DNA of 64,000 nt, from contig JAFGES010000104.1 of NCBI GenBank assembly GCA_016931455.1, forward strand, positions 2,685-66,684, written 5' to 3'. Source of the stretch: Desulfobacterales bacterium (GTDB taxonomy: Bacteria; Desulfobacterota; Desulfobacteria; Desulfobacterales; JAHDSC01). The notes beneath the pieces are model-generated. The model was not told the DNA's origin. It searched no databases and saw only the letters and a program-made list of their open reading frames with translations. Shown here one piece after another: positions 28,232 through 38,971 of the stretch (position 1 is the first letter of the stretch; each line of letters begins with the position of its first letter). The translations under genes and the position numbers were made by a program.

Positions 28232-30036
28232 TGGATGATAAACTTTTAAATTACTATGAACGTGAACTTACCTTCATTCGTGAGATGGGAGCGGAGTTTG
28301 CAAGGAAATACCCTAAAATTGCCGGTCGATTGCTGCTTGAACCCGATAAATGTGAAGATCCCCATACGGAACGTTTGATCGAGGCATTTGCTTTTATCAG
28401 TGGGCGTATCCATAAAAAAATCGACGATGATTTCCCGGAAATAACCGAATCCCTAATCAATATCATTTACCCGCATTACATCAATCCCATTCCTTCGATG
28501 TCGATCGTAAAATTCGAACCCATCCGGCAGAACATATCAGCCGGCGGTTACCGGATCGATAAAGATACGATATTGTATTCCAAACCTGTGGATGGGACTC
28601 CCTGTCAATTTAGGACCTGTCAGCCGGTGACCCTGTGGCCCGTTGAGGTCATCTCAGCAGGGTTGCGGGAACCCGAAAAAATTGTAAAAGGTGCGCAGCA
28701 AGCGATTTGCATTCAATTAAAAACTTACAATGGGATCAACTTTTCCCAGTTATCTTGGGAAAAGCTGCGCTTTTTTCTTAACGGTCCGTCCCAACATGTT
28801 CATCATCTTTACGAGCTTTTATTCAACAATGTGTGCCATGTGGAGTGCCAATGGATTAACCGTCAAGGGATGGCGGAAACCATTGCATTGACCCCTGCAG
28901 ACCTCGCACCGGTCGGATTTAGTCCGGCGGAGGGGATGATTCCTTATCCCCGCAGATCCTTTCCCGGTTATCTTCTTTTATTTGAATACTTCTGTTTTCC
29001 GGAAAAATTCTTGTTCTTTGATCTTTGTCGGCTCAATGCGGTGAAGCACCCGGATTTAAATGCCACCCTTGATATTTGGATATACTTGAACCGGAATGTA
29101 AAAGCAAATCTTGTGGTCAATGAAGATACGTTTTGTACAAACACGACGCCCGCGGTTAATTTGTTTAAGCGGATCGCCGAACCCATTCGAGTGGAGCAGC
29201 GTAAGACCGATTACCGGGTGATTCCGGATGTGAGAAGACAGACAACGACGGAAGTCTTCAGCATTGATCGAGTGACGGCCACTTCGGCTGCAAATCCTGG
29301 ACAAGTATTTGATTTTAAGCCATTTTACTCTATTAGGCACCATCTTGAGGAAGAAGATGACGCAAATCGCAACGTTTTTTGGCATATTCAGCGCCGTTCG
29401 TCGGGCAAGAAAAATGATGCCGGAACAGAAGTTTATCTTTCCTTTACCGATATGAATTTTAAGGCGATTGATCCGGGAGTGGAAATTTTGACTCTGCATA
29501 CGACTTGTACCAATCGAGATCTACCGGCGCGCCTTCCATTCGGCAATTCCGTCAGTGATTTCGATATGGAGACCGCGGCTCCGGTCGCCGGCATAAAGAG
29601 TTTGATAAAACCGATGCCGACGCGCAGGCCTTCTTTAGGCGGCGCATTACAATGGCGTCTAATCTCCCATCTTTCCCTCAACTATATGTCTCTGGTGCAA
29701 GGAGGCGAGACGGCTCTGAGAGAGATTCTAAGAATTTATGATTTTGACAATTCGCCTACTACCCGGCAGCAGATCAACGGGATTGTATCACTTCAATCCG
29801 AACATGTTACCAAAAGAATCGGTCGGGCTTTTGGTCGAGGGGTACGTGTGACCATCGAGTTTGACGAAAATAAATTTGTCGGAACCGGTCTCTATTTGTT
29901 TGCAAGTGTATTGGAAAGATTTTTGGCACAGTATGTTTCCGTTAATTCCTTTTCGCAGTTCGTCGCAAGGACTCTACAGAAAAAAGAGGTGCTGAAAACG
30001 TGGCCCCCCAGAAACGGCAACCGAATACTTCTCTAA
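28231..30036 (+). CDS. tssF: T6SS baseplate TssF
   Basis: YYERELTFIRE, DPHTERLIEAFAF, YFCFPEKFLF, WRLISHLSLNY, SVNSF. Confidence 0.97.
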   Translation: MDDKLLNYYERELTFIREMGAEFARKYPKIAGRLLLEPDKCEDPHTERLIEAFAFISGRIHKKIDDDFPEITESLINIIYPHYINPIPSMSIVKFEPIRQNISAGGYRIDKDTILYSKPVDGTPCQFRTCQPVTLWPVEVISAGLREPEKIVKGAQQAICIQLKTYNGINFSQLSWEKLRFFLNGPSQHVHHLYELLFNNVCHVECQWINRQGMAETIALTPADLAPVGFSPAEGMIPYPRRSFPGYLLLFEYFCFPEKFLFFDLCRLNAVKHPDLNATLDIWIYLNRNVKANLVVNEDTFCTNTTPAVNLFKRIAEPIRVEQRKTDYRVIPDVRRQTTTEVFSIDRVTATSAANPGQVFDFKPFYSIRHHLEEEDDANRNVFWHIQRRSSGKKNDAGTEVYLSFTDMNFKAIDPGVEILTLHTTCTNRDLPARLPFGNSVSDFDMETAAPVAGIKSLIKPMPTRRPSLGGALQWRLISHLSLNYMSLVQGGETALREILRIYDFDNSPTTRQQINGIVSLQSEHVTKRIGRAFGRGVRVTIEFDENKFVGTGLYLFASVLERFLAQYVSVNSFSQFVARTLQKKEVLKTWPPRNGNRILL

Positions 30037-31040
30037 AAGATCGCCTGTTTAAGGAATTTTACACGTTCTCCTTTTTTAAGGCTGTCAATGTGCTTGAATC
30101 GCTTTATCCGGATAAGGAACCATTAGGCCGAACCTTGGAACCGCACAAGGAAGCCATTCGATTTTCGGTAAAACCGGGTTTCGGATTCCCGCCGAGCGAT
30201 ATTTCAAACCTTAAACATGAAAATAAGATCGATCCGGTTGAAATGGAAGTCGCCTTTATGGGGATGATCGGTCCATCCGGGATTTTGCCGGATTGGTACA
30301 ATGAACTGGCAATTGAACGTATCCGCCGAAAAGATTTCAGCTTCAGCGCTTTTCTGGACATATTTCATCATCGACTGATTTCCCTTTTTTACTTGGCATG
30401 GAAGAAGCACCGGTATACCGTAAATTATATGTCCGGTGCCAAAGACCGATTGTCTCAATATCTATTAAGTTTGGCAGGTCTCGGAACACCGGGGTTATAC
30501 GGGAGGATCGGGCTGCCTGAGGAATCGTTGATCTATTACAGCGGACTTTTATCGCGAGCGGTCCCATCGGCTGTTGCGATTGAATCAACGCTGGAATATT
30601 TTGCCGGGACTGCTGTCGAGGTCCAACAATTTATTGATCGAATGCTTCTTTTAAGTCCGGAAGATCAAACGCAAATTGGTGTCGCCAATGGCCGGCTGGG
30701 TATCAACACGGTTTGCGGCAGCTACGTTTGGGAAAACCAGAGCCGGTTCCGGGTAAACCTCGGCCCCATGGGGTATGGTGACTTTTTGCGATTTTTGCCG
30801 TCCGGAGATATGTTGCGGCCGATTTTCTCTTTGGTTAGATATATGGTGGGAATCGAGTTTGAATTCGAGATTCGTTTGTTTCTGAAACGTAAAGAAATCC
30901 CTCCCTGTATCTTAGGTGCGAAAACTCCGACTGCACCGCGTTTGGGTTTGTCGACGTGGATCAAACATCCCGATATTGTGCCTGCCGAGGATCCAAACGT
31001 AACCTTTCAGGAAGCCCAAGCACTTAAAAAAATGGATTAA
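30000..31040 (+). CDS. tssG: T6SS baseplate TssG
   Basis: FSFFKAV, FMGMIGPSGILP, FLDIFHHRL..FY.AW.KHR; overlaps the tssF 3' end. Confidence 0.95.
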   Translation: MAPQKRQPNTSLKDRLFKEFYTFSFFKAVNVLESLYPDKEPLGRTLEPHKEAIRFSVKPGFGFPPSDISNLKHENKIDPVEMEVAFMGMIGPSGILPDWYNELAIERIRRKDFSFSAFLDIFHHRLISLFYLAWKKHRYTVNYMSGAKDRLSQYLLSLAGLGTPGLYGRIGLPEESLIYYSGLLSRAVPSAVAIESTLEYFAGTAVEVQQFIDRMLLLSPEDQTQIGVANGRLGINTVCGSYVWENQSRFRVNLGPMGYGDFLRFLPSGDMLRPIFSLVRYMVGIEFEFEIRLFLKRKEIPPCILGAKTPTAPRLGLSTWIKHPDIVPAEDPNVTFQEAQALKKMD

Positions 31041-31101
31041 ATAAAAAGATTGAAAATAAGAAATCCTCTATACGTGAATGAATCTGAAAAGGAGAGCTGT
31101 T

Positions 31102-33747
31102 ATGCCTGGATCAAATCTCAAGTCCTTAATCGGAAAATTAAACAATACGTGTCGCAATGCTTTGGAATCAGCTGCCGGGCTTTGCTTGTCTCAAACCCAT
31201 TATGAAGTCGACATTGAACATTTCCTCATTAAACTGCTGGATAAGCCCAATACGGATTTTCAAATGCTGCTCAGACACTTTGAAATTAACGAAGGACGTC
31301 TGGCATCGGATCTTACGCGGGCCATGGAAGGATTTAAAACCGGCAATGCCCGCACTCCTGCGCTTTCGCCCCGTATTCCCCGTATGGTCCAGGATGCCTG
31401 GTTGATTGCCTCCATTGATTTACAGGCACCTATCATCCGTTCCGGCCATATTCTACTGGCATTGATGAGCAATGCGGAAATGTCCCGCATGTTGACGGCC
31501 GATTCCGAAAGCTTTAAGAAGATTTCCGTCGAAGATTTAAATGAACATCTGATGGATCTGATTTCCGGATCTGCTGAAGACAAAGAGGCGGGAGTTGCTG
31601 CCGGACCGGCTGCCGTAGCCGGTAAAGCCATGATGCCGCCTGCGGGCTCACGGGCGTTGGACCAGTACACCATCAATCTGACCGATCGTGCGCGCAAGGG
31701 AGAGATTGATCCGGTTTTAGGACGTGATTTTGAGATTCGACAGATGGTGGATATCCTCATCCGTCGGCGACAAAACAATCCCATTCTGACCGGTGAAGCC
31801 GGAGTCGGTAAAACAGCCGTGGTGGAGGGTTTTGCGCTGAGAATTGTAGAAGGCGATGTGCCGCCGCCTTTAAAAAATGTGGCCATTCATACACTGGACC
31901 TCGGGCTGCTGCAGGCAGGCGCGGGAATCAAAGGGGAATTTGAAAACCGGTTAAAATCCGTCATCAATGAGGTCAAGGCCTCTCCGATTCCCATTATCCT
32001 TTTTATCGACGAAGCCCATACCTTAATCGGCGCAGGGGGTGCCGCCGGCTCCAGTGATGCCGCCAACCTGCTCAAACCGGCTTTAGCCCGGGGAGAGCTT
32101 CGTACCATTGCCGCTACGACGTGGTCTGAATATAAAAAATATGTTGAAAAAGACGCCGCGCTGGCCAGACGGTTTCAAGTCGTAAAAATAGAGGAACCGG
32201 ACGAGATCAAGGCCATGGTCATGATGCGGGCGATTGCACCGTTTTTGGAGAATCATCACCATGTGATGATCACCGATGATGCTTTATTGGATGCCGTTCG
32301 TCTATCGCATCGTTATATTACGGCCCGGCAACTGCCGGACAAAGCCGTAAGCGTTCTTGACACCGCGTGTGCCCGGGTTGCCATCGGTCTGAATACCAGT
32401 CCTGCGGCTATTGAAGCAGCCGGCCGGCAGATCGACCAGATCGAGCGTGAGAGGAAAATTCTGGAGCGCGAATCTTTGTTGGGCCGGGATCATTCCGAGC
32501 GGATTGAGGCGCTGGAAGCAGAAAAAGAAGCTGCGCAGTTAAAACTGGATGAATTGACCCGGAAATGGGAAGAGGAGATGAAAATTGCCGAAGATATCCA
32601 AAAGGTGCGCGGGGAGCTGCAAGAAATCTATGCCAAAGATCCTGCTGATACGGCTTCATTGTCTCAAAAACAGGAAATGTTGAAAGAACTGGAGCAAAAG
32701 CTTGCAACAGTTCAGGGGGATACGCCTCTGGTTCAGCTTTCCGTTGATCCTGAAATCATATCCGAAGTTATTTCCGGATGGACCGGTATTCCCACCGGCC
32801 GCATGCTGACCAATGAAATTGAAACCGTTCTTAAAATGGAAAATTTATTGGGTGAAAGAATTATCGGTCAGGATCATGCCCTGGAAGCGATCGCTCAGAT
32901 GATTCAGACCGCGCATGCCGGAATTGAAGATCCTTCCAAACCTACCGGCGTTTTTCTTTTTGTCGGTCCCAGCGGGGTAGGCAAAACCGAAACTGCTCTG
33001 GTTCTTTCTGATCTTCTTTACGGTGGTGAGCAAAATGTAATCAGCATCAACATGTCCGAGTATCAAGAGGCGCATACGGTTTCAGGTCTCAAGGGATCTC
33101 CCCCCGGATATGTGGGGTATGGAGAAGGCGGCGTGCTGACCGAAGCGGTTCGGAAGCGGCCTTATAGTGTGGTTTTGCTGGATGAAGTGGAAAAAGCGCA
33201 TCCCGATGTCATGGAACTTTTTTATCAGGTTTTTGACAAAGGTGTTTTGGAAGATGGGGAAGGACGGCGAATCGATTTCAAAAATACCCTGATTATTCTG
33301 ACATCCAATTTGGGTACCGATACGATTATGAAGGTTTGTGCCGATGAAGAAACCATGCCGGATGCCCCGGCCTTGGCCGAAATGCTGCGGCCTGAATTGC
33401 AAAAACATTTCAAACCGGCTTTTCTGGGTCGTTTAAAGGTGGTGCCGTATTTTCCGATTACCGATAAAATTATGCGCCTGATTGTAAAGCTCAAACTGAA
33501 TCGCATTGCCAAGCGAATGCGCGACAACCGCAATGTCGCTTTCCTTTACGATGAAGAATTGATTGATTCCATTGCCGGTCGCTGCACGGAAGTCGACAGC
33601 GGTGCCCGCAACATCGATCATATTCTCACCAATACCCTGCTGCCGGAAATGTCCAGGGAGTTGCTGTCGAGAATGGCAAGGGGAGAACAGCTTAAAGAAG
33701 TGAAGGTTTCGCTGGGAGAAAAAGGATTTGTTTTTGATATTCATTAA
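31102..33747 (+). CDS. tssH: T6SS AAA+ ATPase ClpV/TssH
   Basis: [46 protein letters not shown]; start after AAGGAG. Confidence 0.97.
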   Translation: MPGSNLKSLIGKLNNTCRNALESAAGLCLSQTHYEVDIEHFLIKLLDKPNTDFQMLLRHFEINEGRLASDLTRAMEGFKTGNARTPALSPRIPRMVQDAWLIASIDLQAPIIRSGHILLALMSNAEMSRMLTADSESFKKISVEDLNEHLMDLISGSAEDKEAGVAAGPAAVAGKAMMPPAGSRALDQYTINLTDRARKGEIDPVLGRDFEIRQMVDILIRRRQNNPILTGEAGVGKTAVVEGFALRIVEGDVPPPLKNVAIHTLDLGLLQAGAGIKGEFENRLKSVINEVKASPIPIILFIDEAHTLIGAGGAAGSSDAANLLKPALARGELRTIAATTWSEYKKYVEKDAALARRFQVVKIEEPDEIKAMVMMRAIAPFLENHHHVMITDDALLDAVRLSHRYITARQLPDKAVSVLDTACARVAIGLNTSPAAIEAAGRQIDQIERERKILERESLLGRDHSERIEALEAEKEAAQLKLDELTRKWEEEMKIAEDIQKVRGELQEIYAKDPADTASLSQKQEMLKELEQKLATVQGDTPLVQLSVDPEIISEVISGWTGIPTGRMLTNEIETVLKMENLLGERIIGQDHALEAIAQMIQTAHAGIEDPSKPTGVFLFVGPSGVGKTETALVLSDLLYGGEQNVISINMSEYQEAHTVSGLKGSPPGYVGYGEGGVLTEAVRKRPYSVVLLDEVEKAHPDVMELFYQVFDKGVLEDGEGRRIDFKNTLIILTSNLGTDTIMKVCADEETMPDAPALAEMLRPELQKHFKPAFLGRLKVVPYFPITDKIMRLIVKLKLNRIAKRMRDNRNVAFLYDEELIDSIAGRCTEVDSGARNIDHILTNTLLPEMSRELLSRMARGEQLKEVKVSLGEKGFVFDIH

Positions 33748-33756
33748 CTGTGAGGT

Positions 33757-35322
33757 ATGGTGATGCGGGAACCGATTTCGTTTGAGAAACTGGATGTAAA
33801 ATTGGTTTCAACCATGGAAGAAATTTCCGATGCGCCGAAACCTGAGACTCCGTTTAGGATTTTGATTCTGGGAGATTTCAGCGGACGTGAAAATCGCGGT
33901 CTGTCGGAAACGAGGGCTACGATCACGAGTCAGCGGATTTTATCGATAGATCGAGACAATTTTGATGAGACGCTTTCAAAAATCGGAGTTAAGCTGCATC
34001 TTGGTATTGCCGGTGATGAGGGACCGTTTGTTGATCTATGCTTCAACGAATTGGACGATTTTCATCCGGACCGAATTTTTCAGCAGGTCGAGATTTTCAA
34101 ATCATTGCGACAGGTCCGCAAAAATCTTGATGATCACCGAACAGTTACGTCCGCGGCCGCTCAGGTGAAAAGCTGGGCGGTTGAACCAACCGTTGAACCA
34201 GTCATCGGATCCGGCAGGCAAGAAACTATGGGAGACTTGCTGGATCAGGTCATCGAGTCATCACAAGGGAAACCTGCGGATAAAAAGCCGGCTTCGAGCT
34301 CAGATGATATAGATGATTGGGATGCTTTTTTAGGGGAAATCGTCAGGCCTTATATCGTTTCAACTGCCGAGCTTAAGCAAACGGAAGAATTAAAGGCAGC
34401 GGTGGATGCCGCTGCCGGCAAACTAATGCAAAAAATTTTGCATCATCCGGATTTTCAGGCTACTGAAGCTGTTTGGAGGGCCCTTTACTTTTTAGTATCG
34501 CGGTTGGAAACCGATACAAAGCTGAAGCTGTATATACTGGACATCTCAAAAGCCGAATCGGCTTGTGATCTCAATATGCCGGTGGACATTCGATCAACCG
34601 GGATTTATAAACTTTTGGTAGAAAAAACCATTGAAATCCCGGACGGTGAACCCTGGGCGGTTCTGACCGGCCATTATACTTTTGATCAGACCCTTGAAGA
34701 TGTTAAGCTGTTGGGGCGCATTGCCGCAGTTGCCGAAGCGGTAGGTGCCCCTTTTCTTGCAGCCGCTCATGAGCGGGTATTGGGCTGTAAATCATTGCTT
34801 GAAACCCCCGACCCGGATAACTGGCGGCAGCCGCCGGATAATGAAGACGATCGGGCATGGAAGGCGCTCCGGAGGCTTCAAGAGGCTTCATATATAGGTC
34901 TTGCTCTGCCGCGTTTTTTGCTTCGCTTGCCCTATGGCGAAGCCACCGACCCCATCGAGTATTTTGAATTTGAAGAAATGCCGGACCGGCCGAAACACGA
35001 GAACTACCTATGGGGCAACCCCGCATTTGCCTGTGTGTATCTGTTGGCCCAAGCCTTTACTGCTTACGGCTGGAAATTTCGGCCCGGCGCGGTTCAGGAT
35101 ATCGAAGGCCTCCCGATTCACATTTACCGTGAAAACGGTCAATCCCGCCTACAACCTTGTACCGAGGTTATATTCAGCGAAAAAGCTGTTACCGCTATAC
35201 TGGACAGGGGCATCATGCCGTTGGTTGCAATTGGAAACCGGGATACGATCCGGCTGGTGCGTTTTCAGTCCTTGGCGGACCCTCTATCGCCCCTTTCCGG
35301 CAGATGGCTTCACCATTCATAA
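33757..35322 (+). CDS. Fused TssB-TssC-like sheath protein, C-terminally short
   Basis: N-terminal TssB motifs (FRILILGDFSG, IDRDNF, DDFHPD) followed by TssC motifs (HPDFQ.EA.WRAL, RFLLRLPYG, YLWGNPA, GLPIH); lacks the TssC SRFAHY..PHYQL region. Confidence 0.8.
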   Translation: MVMREPISFEKLDVKLVSTMEEISDAPKPETPFRILILGDFSGRENRGLSETRATITSQRILSIDRDNFDETLSKIGVKLHLGIAGDEGPFVDLCFNELDDFHPDRIFQQVEIFKSLRQVRKNLDDHRTVTSAAAQVKSWAVEPTVEPVIGSGRQETMGDLLDQVIESSQGKPADKKPASSSDDIDDWDAFLGEIVRPYIVSTAELKQTEELKAAVDAAAGKLMQKILHHPDFQATEAVWRALYFLVSRLETDTKLKLYILDISKAESACDLNMPVDIRSTGIYKLLVEKTIEIPDGEPWAVLTGHYTFDQTLEDVKLLGRIAAVAEAVGAPFLAAAHERVLGCKSLLETPDPDNWRQPPDNEDDRAWKALRRLQEASYIGLALPRFLLRLPYGEATDPIEYFEFEEMPDRPKHENYLWGNPAFACVYLLAQAFTAYGWKFRPGAVQDIEGLPIHIYRENGQSRLQPCTEVIFSEKAVTAILDRGIMPLVAIGNRDTIRLVRFQSLADPLSPLSGRWLHHS

Positions 35323-35409
35323 TTCTAAAAATACATTTCACAAGATATGAAACTGATTTTTGTAGCGATTAGGTACTAAATCCCAAGATTTGTGTTTTTA
35401 CTGTTTTTC

Positions 35410-35444
35410 TTGCATTTCGTTAAAATGGTCATTATAATAACTAT
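35410..35444 (+). promoter_or_regulatory. TA operon promoter with overlapping imperfect palindrome
   Basis: TTGCAT-N17-TATAAT; ATGGTCATTATAATAACTAT is near-palindromic across the -10. Confidence 0.7.
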
Positions 35445-35467
35445 AATAAACAACACAAAAAGGAGTT

Positions 35468-35737
35468 GTGACCATGCAGACAATTGAATCTTATGTTCCG
35501 ATCACCCAAGCAAAGGCAAAACTTTTAGATATAGTGAGGCAATTACACGACACTGACGACACCATTGCAATTACAAAAAACGGGGTGCCTGAAGCCGTCA
35601 TGCTGTCCATGAAGAAATTTGAAGGATTGTTAGAGACTATCGACATTTTGGCTGATCCCAAAATGATGAAACAACTTAAAGGTTCGGCTAAAGATGTAAA
35701 AGCAGGCCGCTTGATTGATATCGAAGAGGCGTTTTAA
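35468..35737 (+). CDS. Phd/YefM-family antitoxin
   Basis: ITQAKAKL, ITKNG.PEAV, LETIDIL; overlaps the toxin start. Confidence 0.9.
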   Translation: MTMQTIESYVPITQAKAKLLDIVRQLHDTDDTIAITKNGVPEAVMLSMKKFEGLLETIDILADPKMMKQLKGSAKDVKAGRLIDIEEAF

Positions 35738-36018
35738 TGGTATATCGAGCCAAGATTACGCCTTTTGCCAATAAAGAAGCCAAAAAGCTTAATCCCGAAG
35801 TGAAAAGAGCCGCAAAAGCTGCCTTGAAAGAGCTTGCCCAAAATCCTTATCTTGGCAAAGAACTTCAACACGAATTAAGCGGCTTCCGGTCTTATAGGTT
35901 CTTGAGGTATCGGATTATTTATAAGGCCGATACAGAAAAAAAGATTATCATTGTTTGGGCTATCGGCCACCGGCATGATATTTACGAAACTTTTGGTAAT
36001 CATCTTTTAAGTGTTTGA
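35737..36018 (+). CDS. RelE/ParE-family toxin
   Basis: NPYLGKEL..ELSGFRS.R..YRIIY, IGHR..IY. Confidence 0.9.
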   Translation: MVYRAKITPFANKEAKKLNPEVKRAAKAALKELAQNPYLGKELQHELSGFRSYRFLRYRIIYKADTEKKIIIVWAIGHRHDIYETFGNHLLSV

Positions 36019-36187
36019 GGTACGGGCTTTGCGGCATAACAGGGGCCTCCTTGACACCTTTGGGGCAAGGCAAACTCACCTGTCGATCCGCATCAGCCAA
36101 ACGTTTAGGGCCACCTTAACAATTGAGAACGACTATATTCGCTTCATTTCCCTTCATCCGGATCATGATTCCACCTATAAAAGATAA
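36011..36187 (+). pseudogene. Possible remnant of a second RelE-like toxin (C-terminal half)
   Basis: Short frame ending SIRISQTFRATLTIENDYIRFISLHPDHDSTYKR*, resembling RelE-like C-termini; N-terminal part unrecognisable. Confidence 0.4.
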
Positions 36188-36445
36188 AAATACTAGAGTT
36201 TGCCTTCTATGCATACCATATTGATCCACGAATGTTCCGTACTTTTTGATGCAATCGCCCTGTTTTGATTAGTCTTACACCTTGACAGCTCAGTCTTATC
36301 AGTATATTTTACCGGCTTGAAAATAAGAGTATTGATCATTTTTATTTTATCCACATTATTTCGATTCTGTTTTATGTCGGTAATTGTATAAAGAGGTGTT
36401 TATCCTTTCAACTCAAATTTCAGTTCAATACGTTATAAGATCAAC

Positions 36446-37252
36446 ATGATCCTGCCATTTAATATCTTACAAAAGCCATTGTCTACCCTAGGCCGATTAA
36501 CCATTTTTTCCATTCAGGAAATAGGGCGTGTGACCGTATTTTTTTTCCAGGGAATTTTATTTATTTTCTCACTTCCGCTGCAGATCTCTAAAACGATTCA
36601 TCAGGTTTATTTCATTGGTATGAAATCGGTTTTTGTGATCTGCTTGACAGGTGCATTTACCGGTATGGTGCTCGGTCTGCAGGGATATTATACGCTGGTA
36701 AAATTCGGCTCCGAGGGCTTGTTGGGGGCGGCGGTGGCACTTTCTTTGATCCGGGAGCTCGGACCGGTCTTGACGGCCATCATGGTGACCGGAAGGGCCG
36801 GATCTGCGATGGCTGCGGAAATCGGGATTATGCGGATTTCAGAACAGATCGATGCCTTGATAACGATGGATATCAATCCGATTCGTTTTCTGGTGAGTCC
36901 GAGGATGTTAGCCGCATTCATCAGTATTCCACTTCTGACGGCTATTTTCGATGTGGTGGGGATTTTAGGCGGGTATTTGACGGGTTCGGTTTTATTGGGG
37001 ATTAACCCTGGGATTTTTTTCTCCCGTGTTGAATCCAGTGTTCTCATGAAGGATATTTCCGGCGGTTTCATCAAATCGTTTGTTTTTGCCGCTGTTGTTG
37101 CAACCATCTGCTGTTTTCAGGGATACAACACCCATAAACGGGCGGAAGGTTTCGGAGCCAAGGGCGTAAGCCTGGCAACGACCTCCGCTGTAGTGATTTC
37201 CAGTGTTCTGATTCTTGTCACGGATTACATTTTAACATCTATTTTACTTTAA
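36446..37252 (+). CDS. mlaE: MlaE lipid-asymmetry ABC permease
   Basis: RELGPVLTA, GRAGSA.AAEIG.MR.SEQIDAL, GVSLATT.AVV. Confidence 0.95.
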   Translation: MILPFNILQKPLSTLGRLTIFSIQEIGRVTVFFFQGILFIFSLPLQISKTIHQVYFIGMKSVFVICLTGAFTGMVLGLQGYYTLVKFGSEGLLGAAVALSLIRELGPVLTAIMVTGRAGSAMAAEIGIMRISEQIDALITMDINPIRFLVSPRMLAAFISIPLLTAIFDVVGILGGYLTGSVLLGINPGIFFSRVESSVLMKDISGGFIKSFVFAAVVATICCFQGYNTHKRAEGFGAKGVSLATTSAVVISSVLILVTDYILTSILL

Positions 37253-37258
37253 AATTCA

Positions 37259-38488
37259 ATGAATACACCCCTGATCGAGTTTAAAGAGGTTTATAAAAAA
37301 TTTGGTACCCATGAGGTTTTAAGAGGCGCCAATCTCAGCATCTTCCAGGGAGAGATAACGACGATCATCGGCAAAAGCGGGGTCGGTAAAAGCGTTCTGC
37401 TTAAGCATATCATCGGTCTCATAGAACCGGATTCCGGTCAAATCCTGTTTCAGGGAAAGCCTCTTTCCGAAATGAAAAAAGCTGAAAAAAAGGCCCTTAA
37501 AAAGAAATTCAGTTATATGTTTCAGGGAACGGCTCTTTTTGACTCGATGACGGTTTTTGAAAATATTGCGCTTCCACTGAAAGAAAAGACAACTTTACCC
37601 GGCAAAGAAATTCAAAAACGGGTGTTGAATAAAATGCATCAACTTGATTTACATGATATTGAAGATCAATATCCTTCCCAGCTTTCCGGCGGAATGAAAA
37701 AACGAGTGGCGCTGGTCAGGGCCTTGATAACCGACCCGGAGATCATTTTATTTGACGAACCGACCACGGGGCTAGATCCGATTCGCAAAAATGCGGTTCA
37801 CAGTATGATTTCCGATTATCAGAAACGCTTTGGTTTTACAGGGGTCGTCGTCAGCCACGAGATACCGGATATTTTTTATATATCGCAACGAATTGCGATG
37901 ATTGAGGAAGGCCGGATTGTTTTTCAGGGCAGTCCCAAGGAAGTCCAAGAGTCTTCCGATCCGGTTATCAATCAGTTTGTTCACGGGCTGGAGATTCGAC
38001 GAGACGATATGACCGGTATTATACCGCAACCGTTGGGAGAGGAAAGATTTAGAGAAGAAATGGAGCGACTGCAACGCTACCGGACTTCCTTTTCCCTAAT
38101 TATGTTGACCGTCGAGAATCTGGAGGAAATCAACGAAAAGATGGGGCATGTCAAAGGTCAGATGTTACTTAAAAGACTCGCCGCTCAAGTACAAGACCTT
38201 TTAAATATTACCGATACTTGCTCACGCTATGGGCTGAACAAGCTGATGGTATTGCTGCCCAATACCGATCTCGACCAGGCCCGCAAATTCTGTGACAAAC
38301 TGGCAACTGAGCTGAAGCGAAAAGAGCTTCCCGAATTACCGATGCCTTCGGGACTCTGCTTTTCAGTGAGCGCCGGGTTTGTCGAAGCACAAAAAAACAG
38401 CCAATTGGAAACTTTGATTGCAAATGCGGAATCGGTTCAAAATTCATTTTATGAATTCCGTGTCTGTTCACCCCGGGAGGAGTTATGA
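37259..38488 (+). CDS. mlaF: MlaF ABC ATPase fused to a degenerate GGDEF domain
   Basis: GKSGVGKS, LSGGMKKRV, DEPTTGLDP; C-terminal DDMTG..INEKMGH..G..LL..RYGLNKL..SVSAG. Confidence 0.88.
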   Translation: MNTPLIEFKEVYKKFGTHEVLRGANLSIFQGEITTIIGKSGVGKSVLLKHIIGLIEPDSGQILFQGKPLSEMKKAEKKALKKKFSYMFQGTALFDSMTVFENIALPLKEKTTLPGKEIQKRVLNKMHQLDLHDIEDQYPSQLSGGMKKRVALVRALITDPEIILFDEPTTGLDPIRKNAVHSMISDYQKRFGFTGVVVSHEIPDIFYISQRIAMIEEGRIVFQGSPKEVQESSDPVINQFVHGLEIRRDDMTGIIPQPLGEERFREEMERLQRYRTSFSLIMLTVENLEEINEKMGHVKGQMLLKRLAAQVQDLLNITDTCSRYGLNKLMVLLPNTDLDQARKFCDKLATELKRKELPELPMPSGLCFSVSAGFVEAQKNSQLETLIANAESVQNSFYEFRVCSPREEL

Positions 38489-38937
38489 AAAGTTCGTATG
38501 TTGAAACGGCCGTCGGCATCTTTGTTCTGATCGGCATTATCTGTGTGGGATACCTGACGATTCGGCTTGGAAAGATGGAATGGATAGGCGATAATTATTA
38601 TTCCGTCTATGCGCGATTCCAGACGATTTCAGGCCTCAAGACAGGTACCCAGGTCGAAATGGCGGGCGTTGAGATCGGTAAAGTCGATTCCGTTTCTCTG
38701 GATCCGAAAAGGCAAGTGGCACTGGTTGAGATGAAGATTCAGAAAGGCCTGGTTTTAACCGATGACGTGATTGCTTCGATTAAAACTTCAGGGTTGATCG
38801 GCGATAAGTATATCAGTCTTTATCCGGGCGGGTCCGACATTATCCTCAAACCGGGTGATATGATAACGGAAACCGAATCGGCTGTTGATTTGGAAGAATT
38901 GATCAGTAAATATGTTTTCGGCGGAATAGAAAAATAA
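38485..38937 (+). CDS. mlaD: MlaD MCE protein
   Basis: ETAVGIFV, SGLK.G..VEMAGVEIG.V, TSGLIGDKYI. Confidence 0.95.
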   Translation: MKSSYVETAVGIFVLIGIICVGYLTIRLGKMEWIGDNYYSVYARFQTISGLKTGTQVEMAGVEIGKVDSVSLDPKRQVALVEMKIQKGLVLTDDVIASIKTSGLIGDKYISLYPGGSDIILKPGDMITETESAVDLEELISKYVFGGIEK

Positions 38938-38971
38938 TGATGGGAATGGATTTTTCTGAAAGGAGAATGCT

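Noticed and set aside
31260-31886. 208-aa minus-strand ORF and other short antisense ORFs in the T6SS cluster
   Set aside because: Shadows of well-conserved sense genes
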